Shown here: piece by piece, positions 54,734 to 64,000 of the stretch
Layout of the letters: every line of letters starts with the position of its first letter
Position numbering within the stretch: position 1 is the first letter of the stretch
Assembly: GCF_006345805.1 (NCBI RefSeq)
Contig: NC_043015.1
Location: 21,390,001-21,454,000, forward strand
Reading direction: 5' to 3'
Length of the DNA stretch: 64,000 nucleotides
From: Octopus sinensis
Lineage: Eukaryota
Translations under genes and position numbers: made by a program
Notes under the pieces: model-generated
Database searches by the model: none
What the model was told of the DNA's origin: nothing
What the model saw: only the letters and a program-made list of their open reading frames with translations

Positions 54734-56575
54734 GAAACTGCTTGGAAGGCATATGTGTGTATATATGTGTGTAATTTAGTTTCCACACCACAACCACATG
54801 ACAGCTGTTGCTTGTATACTTACGTCCCCGAAGCATAAAGGTTAAGCCAAAGAGAGTGAAAGAATATGAAACGAATTCAATAAAACCCAGTACTGGGATC
54901 GTATTGAAACAAGTCAGAGATAAAAGCTAAATGATACAAACAGAAACAAGGGCTCCGACGATTATTTGTTTGAATGTGGAATAGAAATTACATGTTTCGA
55001 AGCATTTGCTTAAATATACTCTTTCCCAATCATCTTAGTAGAAATGTTTCCATCTTCAGGACAGATAGCCTCTATATTGTTTGTATAAATTTGTTCTAGT
55101 CTAACCCAAATTGTAACATGCTTGTAACATTTAAAATCGCATGACGTTGCAAACGCTCCGCTATTACTTCCTTCATTCAATATGTATTCAATATCATGGA
55201 CACTCTCTATATTTATCCAGGAGTATTTATCCGATCTCTTTGGTTAATGTTTTTAGCATCACCAATCATACTGCAGTAAAAGATTTTCTGCTATTGACGC
55301 AATGGAACTTGTATTTTCCTTGTGTCACACCCACTTTCTCTTTCTCTTTCCTCACTGAAAACATTAGATGCGTCGAGTAATAAACCACTTCCTAACGCCT
55401 ATCACGTCACCATCAATGCTAACACACAAGGAAACAAAACGTGGCCTAAATCATTTCTTTATAATAAACATAGTTATTTTAATCTGTTCGCAAATTCGAA
55501 ATTTTTATACTTATTTCCCAATAATGCTATTTTTCCTTTCTCTTCTTTGCAATCTTACATTAGTTTTCTTTACATTCAGGATCTGAAAATGGAATTTGCC
55601 AAACAATAACCTTATACTAAAGTGGAACACTATTCAGTAGATGTTAATGTGCTAAGAAATGAAGCATGTGACCTAAGTTATATGTTGGCAATCACTATTT
55701 TTAGGAAGCGTTTATGAAATTGTCATAATGCATATAAGAGAAAATTGTTATCTTTCAAAAGTAATAACGAGAAACTGTAAATTCTTTTGGTTTTGATATC
55801 TGTCGAGAGCTTGAAGTAAACTGCGACGGGTATCACAGTGCTGCTCTTTAAATGAAAGGGTTTCTATGTCGTAGTTCAATGTTTTCTTATGAATTCCCCC
55901 TCAAATCTTTCCATACACGCTTAAATAATGTAAGTGGAATTACAGAGGACTATTTTAGAGGACTCAGCATCTCCATTATTTAAGTACCGTGCTTCATCTT
56001 TCATTTCTTTCGCCGAATCCTTTGATTACAGCAAAGAAAACAAATCACCGCCGGTTTTGTGAATAGAGACAAAGTCAGACCAGTGACGCCCATTTCCAAG
56101 ACGCCATATGAAAGAAAAAATTCCGAGAAATTAGTGATATGCGCTTAGTAAACCACTAACTAACGATGCTATTGTTTCCAATTTGCACCACGGGGTGCCT
56201 ATCTAATTACAGAAAATATAGGTAGAGCTGTGCAACGTGTATTTGTAAGCAAGCAGAGGAAAATGTGTTTGGTTGAAGCAATTTACAACGAAATGCCGAG
56301 AGTCTGTACACAATAGCCGTTAGGAAAAGCATAGCTTCACCAATCACTGTCGAAAGAAAACTAAGCAATTAACATTCATAGGCACACACATACAGACACA
56401 CAAACACGCGCCCACGCATACTATCTTTCTCTCACACATACGCGCGCGCACACACACACATGCATATAAACGCACTCACGCACACACATACACGCACACT
56501 CACATACACGCACATACACACATAGGTCTCTCTCTCCCCCTCTCTCTCTCTCACATGCACACACACACGAATTTA

Positions 56576-57237
56576 GATATAATAGTTATCGCCATACTAA
56601 CATGGCAGTCTATAAATATAAGACTAAAGCTGAAACATGTCTGCAGATGTCTGACTAGCAAGGTGAAGCGGCTGACCTCCCCTGTTCGAAGGTTGTAATG
56701 TACGCAGGTTCGTGTGTCATATAGCTAGCTAGAGGCGATGGCGTCTTGGAGCTAATCAGCGACAGCTTTAGTCTTATATTTATAGACTGCCATATTAGTA
56801 TGGCGATAACTATTAATATCCAGTAACGCTGCCGTAATCTCCTTTAGAGAGACTTAGTAATTGTAATATTTCTATTATTGAAAACAAGTGGATGTATTCC
56901 ACTGTAACTAGGTAAATAAAATCTTCGAGCATACGGTCAGTAGCGACACCTGCTGGTTCTGACTACGCAGCATTGATAAAGGGCAACAACCCTGAAACAT
57001 GTCTGCAGATGTCTGACTAGCAAGGTGAAGCCGCTGACCTCCCCTGTTCGAAGGTTGTAATGGACGCAGGTTCGTGTGTCATATAGCTAGCTAGAGGCGA
57101 TGGCATCTTGGAGCTAATCAGCGACAGCTTTAGTCTTATATTTATAGACTGCCATATTAGTATGGCAATAACTATTAATATCCAGTAACGCTGCCGTAAT
57201 CTCCTTTAGAGAGACTTAGTAATTTTAATATTTCTAT
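56576..57237. mobile_element. inverted segment plus 362-bp-period tandem, family G; degenerate hammerhead at 56970-57006
   Basis: 56576-56632 is inverted to 56763-56820; 56630-56875 repeats at 56992-57237; GCA-TTGATAA-AGGG-CAACAA-CCCT-GAA-ACATGT-C-TGC. Confidence 0.75.
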
Positions 57238-57287
57238 ATATATGTATATATATATATATGCGTATGTGTATACATATATATATGTGC

Positions 57288-57336
<49 letters not shown>

Positions 57337-57475
57337 GTAGAAAGAGGGAAGGATAGAGTGAGAGAGTGTTGCGAAAACGCAACACATTTATGCACGTATA
57401 TAAGAAAGTTACTAATAATGTAAATGGAAAAAGTGTTCCTTTTCTTTTCTAAGGGATATTTCCATAGAAAATGGA

Positions 57476-57546
<71 letters not shown>

Positions 57547-58346
57547 TATATGCCTATGTATTTATGTATGTACACACACAAACTCACTCACATAGAAAAA
57601 TATGTACAGGCCTAATTTACATATCCACCTACCTGTTAAACTCTCGAAACGCAATTAAGGGTACATAGGTATTTCTATGCACAGCATCTACTCACATACA
57701 CTACATGTGTATATATGTGTATTCGTGTCTGTGCGTTTGCGAGTTTAATGTGTGCGTAATAAAGGAGAATGAAGTTGGTTGTTTTCAGATTCAGGAAAGA
57801 TAAACAACCAAAACACAGTAAAAGCGAAACAAACACATAAACCCCAAATCTTTTGCATTTGTTTATATAAATACACAAAATATGTATTTCACTATTTGCT
57901 ATTTTCACTAATCAACTGCATCAGAATTCGTGAAGTGCAATTTCGTAAACTTGTTGATCCGCCATTTTCATTCATTTCTATATAAACACACCAAAAACCA
58001 ACAGCCAACGCCGACAACAACAGCAACAGCAACGACCATGACTAAAATGACGACGACGACAACGACGACAATAACAACAAGAACAATGTAGAAGACGATG
58101 ATTACGGCTGCAATAACGAGCGGTGAAACATGTTGGATTGTGTTTTAGGATTGCCCGATACATTTTCTGTATCCCTAATGATGTGACGTTAGTTTGGCAA
58201 AGACAACAAAAATAACAGTTGATAATGTTTCTACGTAATACAGAGATTAGAGTGAAATCGGATTGGTCGCCAACGAAATATTCCAGTTAGAAAATAACTG
58301 TGAACTGTTAACATACGGTAAATAATACAGGGAGATAATTGGCTAA

Positions 58347-58348
58347 AT

Positions 58349-58431
<83 letters not shown>

Positions 58432-58510
58432 GTCTGTCTGTCTGTCTGTCTGCCTGCCTGTCTGCCTGTCTGTCTCTCTTTCTGTTTTGTCTGTCTGTCT
58501 GTCTGTCTGT
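58347..58510. repeat. (TCTA)n/(TCTG)n microsatellite
   Basis: Direct reading. Confidence 0.95.
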
Positions 58511-58687
58511 ATATCCGTATGTTTCTTTATCGACCTATCTACAATACATTAAATGTTAGTTTGGGGGAAAGATAATAGAGTGAGAAGGACAGGGAGGGCA
58601 GTTACATTATGAGAGAGAAGAAAGAGTAACGCAGAGGCAGACAGCGGTGGTGGTGGTGGTGGTGTTTTGATGGTGAAATATACTTTT

Positions 58688-58753
58688 GATATTGAATTAA
58701 CTTTTTTATAGCGACCATAGATAACAAATGGTCGCTATAAAAAATTCAATATC
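58688..58753. repeat. 66-bp hairpin
   Basis: TTTTTTATAGCGACCAT/ATGGTCGCTATAAAAAA perfect 17-bp stem plus GATATTGAA/TTCAATATC. Confidence 0.9.
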
Positions 58754-58754
58754 C

Positions 58755-59346
58755 TACACGAAACCCGACACGAACCTCAAATATATAAACGCTGTAAGTA
58801 ACCGCCCCCAACTTTATTAAAAGAAGCTTAGTACATAGCATTAGCAATAGAATATCAGGCCTCTCTTCTAACATAGATATCTTTAACAGGCATAAAGAAA
58901 CCTATAACGCCACACTACGGAAAGCAGGATTTAAACAAAAAATCAAATACCTAAACCCTAATCACCCTATAAGCAGCCCAAATAACAGGAACCCACACAC
59001 TACTACCACTAACACCAACCACACACCAGGCACCACCACAAACTACACCAATAATAAGATAATTACGGATAAACCCAATAGAAACAATACCAATATGAAC
59101 AACGCCAAGGTCCATACACAAACCACTAACAACAACAAAAATAATCGGAACACTAATACCGACAGCCTGATGTTAAATAAGATTAACAATATTAACAAAA
59201 CTAATAACAAAAAGTACGCAAATAAGTCTCAAAATAACAGCAGGTACAAAAATAATAGTATAAACCTATACATCGTTATCAAAAACACTAAAGTCACCCA
59301 ACGAACTAATATGAACCCTAGTAATAGCAAAATGAAAGGCCCTTGA
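58755..59346 (+). pseudogene. Penelope-like element RT C-terminal fragment with Asn/Thr-rich linker
   Basis: YTKPDTNLKYINAVSNRP, frameshift, then SISNRISGLSSNIDIFNRHKETYNATLRKAGFK (PLE pattern YRKP...Y...SNHP...RIS.LSS...F....Y..AL..SGY); frame open 58822-59346. Confidence 0.75.
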
Positions 59347-59669
59347 CCCCACATGAAGCCTACGATGATAACACCAATAGGACAGTCAAAAGCAACACGA
59401 AAGTGAAACACAACTATGGATATAACCAAGATACATTCAACCATAACTTCACACGAATCACAAACAAGGAGGAAAGCTTCTATACTAGGAAAAATAACAC
59501 AAAAAATAAACAAAAAAACGATAATATATAGCTCGTAGTCCCCTATGTATGTATGTATGTATGTATGTATGTATGTATGTATGTATGTATGTATGTATGT
59601 ATGTGTGTGTGTATGTATGTATGTATGTATGTATGTACGTATGTATGTCTATATAATAATAAATATTTG

Positions 59670-60035
59670 GGAATGAATCCAAACTTACAGGGAAAAATCA
59701 GCTTTAGGATTGAATCCAATTTTATAGTAAAATATTATATTATATTAAATTAGTGATAAAACCACTATTAGGCAAATCATACAATGAAAAACTTAAGCCA
59801 ATACATAAGATTATTTAATTTAATATTATTTAAATATATAACAACATTATTTAAAAAAATATAATTAATATAACACTATGATCGTTTCATGGCTGTTAAT
59901 TTCTTTAAATTTTTGACTGTAACTCGAAAATTTAAAGAAATTAACAGCCATGAAATAATCTTATGTATTGGCTTAAGTTTTTCATTGTATGATTTGCCTA
60001 ATAGTGGTTTTATCTCTAATTTAATATAATATAAT
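59670..60035. mobile_element. family F-related pseudo-LTR fold-back
   Basis: 59670-59890 (minus) resembles 47230-47415; 59736-59816 is inverted to 59953-60035; perfect 29-bp stem 59885-59913/59927-59955; hammerhead 3' half GAAACGATCATAGTGTT on minus (59872-59888). Confidence 0.8.
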
Positions 60036-60848
60036 ATATATATATATAAATATATGCACATATATATATATGTGTGGTTATATAAATAAACCGATAGTTG
60101 AATATGACGAAGTGTGTCTCAGAAATTCGTTTCTACGGGCTTTTCCCGGACTGTACCTCTTTTATTGTCTGCCCGTTGAAACACTTGTACGGCAGAAAAT
60201 GTCTAGCTCAGCAGTTTACTAGATCCACTGAGATAGACACAGTTATGTTTAGTATTGCTCTCTCTACTCTTCTCCTATTCGATAATACCATCCTACGCAT
60301 CCAAACACTTACACAAACATATGTACAAACAGGCGCGCGCATGCAGATGCTAAATAATTTATTTTTTCATCGCCTGGAACTTCGTAGTTGCAATGAATAT
60401 GTAAAGTAAAATAAAAAGATATTTCTTTCACCTTATTGGAATTCTATACATGCCATTAGTTTTAAATAAATCAAGCTGTTGGTTTACATATTCTCCAACG
60501 GAAATCCGCAAAACTTTCCAAAATCTCTTTAGATATTCTTGGAGATGACAAAGTAGAATTCGAATGACTCTTGTATATATTTTATGGTGCTACACCGAAA
60601 TTTCCATGCATCACAAAACCATTCCAGGAAATGAGTGAATCTCAAAAATGGTTGGGTTGAAAACGGAAGTTTGGTAAGTAAACGTGATAATTGGTTGACT
60701 TTTAAGCCTTTCGAATTTACTTTCAACCAAAAATCTTAAATTTAAACTATTTGTATAACTGCAGATGCTGGCACAAATTCATCCAATTATAACTTATATT
60801 TTCTATAAATCACAACAAATATACAATAGACATCAATAAATTAACGAT

Positions 60849-60917
<69 letters not shown>

Positions 60918-62001
60918 ATATATAAAACAAAACACCTAACGTATAAAATTACAACAATTAAAAATCAAATAATTGGTTGACTTTTAGGGATATAGAATTG
61001 GGAATTAATGAATCAGTTCTAAATTTTCTTAATAAAAAATTATAAAGAATTTTGGATTATTTGACAAAATTTGTTTGGAGCCTACATCAGCAGGAATTGA
61101 ACCACGTGGAGGGAATCTGAATCATTTTAGTGACATTCCGGAACTACAGGTAAATTTCGTTCAAAGCCACTAACTGGGTCTTAAATGAATGCATGCATAT
61201 AGACACTCACACGTTCTCAGACATGCTTATATAGGTTTATAAATATAGTGATTCGTAAACTATATCTTTGCAAATATGTCTATATGATCGTTTACCTTTT
61301 CCATAAAATATATACAATATGTGAGCGATCGTAAGTAGTAACAAAATTCTCTCTCTGTATAATTCTCTTACGCACACCTCACATGCATTGAAACGTATTC
61401 GAAATATAGCATAAGCTTATTTAATTAAATTAGTATAGTTTACCTTATTTTAATCTGTCTTAACTCTCCAAACAGCGCTTATTTCATATAGTGACATTTT
61501 GTTATATATGCTGACTTTTCATGTAGCTTATATTTTGTATATTTCCTATTTAAATGAAACACTATTTAATAAACCAGATTAGTATCCTTACAGTATTTAA
61601 TCTAATTATTTGCTTTATTTTCCTTTACTTTTAATTTGTTTAATATTTTATCGTAATCCGCTATACTTCACTCGAATCTAGTACAAATTAATATTTACTC
61701 CCAATGAACTTATACGATATCTTTATAAATGGCACCATTATTATCTATTGAAGTTAACCCCTGATCTATCACCTCTGCTGCTCTATAACCTTTCCCTTAA
61801 AATCAATTATAACTCCTTCTCCACCACATGCTGAGGCTACTGTGCTGAATTGCTATTGTCTGAACACTTTCTCCCTCTTGTGTACAAGCCCTTGTCATTT
61901 ACACATATTGTCTTCCTCATACTGTAACTTTCTTTAAATCGCCCCTTCTTTATTATTCCTGTATCCCATGTACCTTTCTATATTCGTATATAAGTATGTG
62001 A

Positions 62002-62080
<79 letters not shown>

Positions 62081-62425
62081 TACATACATACATATATATA
62101 TATATGCAGATATATATATACATATATATATACATATATATATAATATGAATAATATATATATATATTTGTATACATACATATATGTTCATACAACTATA
62201 CGTGTATATATATATATATATATGCGTATGTGGGCACAGGACGTTACGAAACATGTACAACAAAAACTACGAACTACGAGTACATGGAATATGAGGTGTT
62301 TTTCGAACAACGAAAAACGCAAATGGAAAACAAGACAAACAACATAAAGAACGACCATTCATCAGTTGTTTGGCTGTATTCCTACTCTCGTCTTTCGAGC
62401 ATATACATACCTGTGCGTATGTGTC

Positions 62426-62522
<97 letters not shown>

Positions 62523-63211
62523 GTATATATATATATATGTCTGTGTGTATATAAGTATATATATGCACACAGGTGTGTATGTGTGTGTGTATGTAATTTA
62601 CTGTCCCCTTAAGGTATGCTAGAAAAAAATTATTCCATCAAATGAGAGGAAATATTAGTTAAGATACAATCTACTAATAACTTATTGCTTTGGGAACGCG
62701 GGTAGAAGCAGGCTTTTATAAGACGCCTTGTGTTTCCAATCTACCGAGTCTCTCTCTCTAGTTCTCTCTCGATCTTTCTCACACACCACACACACACACA
62801 CATAAGCACACACAGGTACACACTTAGGCATATATATATATATACGTGTAAGTCTTAAGTTATATATCCATTCAATAAATCTGTTAGTTTCTGTCCTGTC
62901 TTGCATCCATGACTCTTTCTTTCATACTGACTTTGTATTACTCGTAGGACTTTCGTTCGTTATCTCCGTCAATATCTCTTTGACGAACTGCTAGTTACGA
63001 ATATCAATTCCTTGTCTCTGACGACAAAGAGGTTGACTTTTCTGAGGAAACAATTCTAGAAAAAGCTGTAGGAGACTGTATACACAAATTCTTCATTCCG
63101 TTGCTCTAATAACTCTGCAATAATATTTGAATTACAAATTACATGATCAAAATGGTACCACGTTTTGCCCATTCTTTCTTCCACATACGTATACTTATAC
63201 ACACGCACACT

Positions 63212-63283
<72 letters not shown>

Positions 63284-63838
63284 ATATATATATATATATA
63301 AACACACACACTACACATATATGGAAAGAGAGAGAGAGAGAGAGAGAGGGGGGAGAGAGAGAGGGGGACAGAGAGAAGGGACAGAGAGCAATCAGAAAAA
63401 GTCAGAGTGCCAGCCAAGAAGAGAGAATGAGAAAATTAGAAAAAGAGGTTGTAAGATATGCTGTTATTTACTTTAAACCTTTAATTTTAGACATTAATAT
63501 TTACAGGTGATTGATTTAATACATTATGCATCGTTGGATATTTCATATTCGTTTAGTAGTTGCTTAGTTTTCAATCTCTATGAAACTGTTTCCTCCCAAG
63601 CTACTATGAAATAGTGCAGAAAAATATTCATATTGAATATAGAAACCTCGTAATAATTCTAGTTGTGCTACGTTACTACAAGACGCTCAGCTCTTTTTTT
63701 AAGCAAGTGTATTATCTCGGATAATAAATCAAAACGAATAGTTTGTATTTAAAAACAGCTAACTGTCGTTTAGTGTTTCTGTTTAATGTATACACATACA
63801 CAAAGACCAACACACACACATAAACATACACGCACACA

Positions 63839-63909
<71 letters not shown>

Positions 63910-64000
63910 CAGAGAAAGAGAGAGAGAGACAGCGATAGCAAGAGAAAGAACAATATTGTGTATATGTTACCGGGAAGCTAAACAATCATTTTAGAAGATA

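Noticed and set aside
58688-58753. Hairpin as a pre-miRNA
   Set aside because: Right arm is continuous with the PLE RT coding remnant, so a 5' fold-back is more parsimonious
63015-63062. CTGACGA..GAAA motif
   Set aside because: No consistent helix I or III pairing

Overview
Very AT-rich, microsatellite-saturated eukaryotic DNA. The SINE families look like those of an octopod cephalopod (inference from recalled repeat sequences, not a search). I recognise no intact host gene; nearly all supplied ORFs are microsatellite read-throughs. The only host-coding candidate is one short possible terminal exon at 27694-27791. The rest is decayed mobile DNA: two tRNA-derived SINE families, five R4/Dong-type RLE-LINE relics, an L1/Tx1 3' fragment, a Tc1 relic, Helitron pieces and Penelope-like (PLE) fragments. 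The main hidden signal is RNA-structural: about 16 type I hammerhead-ribozyme-like cores in about 7 sequence families. The best case is a very young 1.9-kb array (22236-24137) of ~475-bp monomers, each full monomer carrying a complete hammerhead core, which resembles a non-LTR retrozyme (a putative circRNA source). Several ribozyme-bearing insertions share one geometry: an inverted left arm and a sense right arm diverging from a central junction, often ending in (TA)n. All folds were done by eye and no activity is demonstrated.
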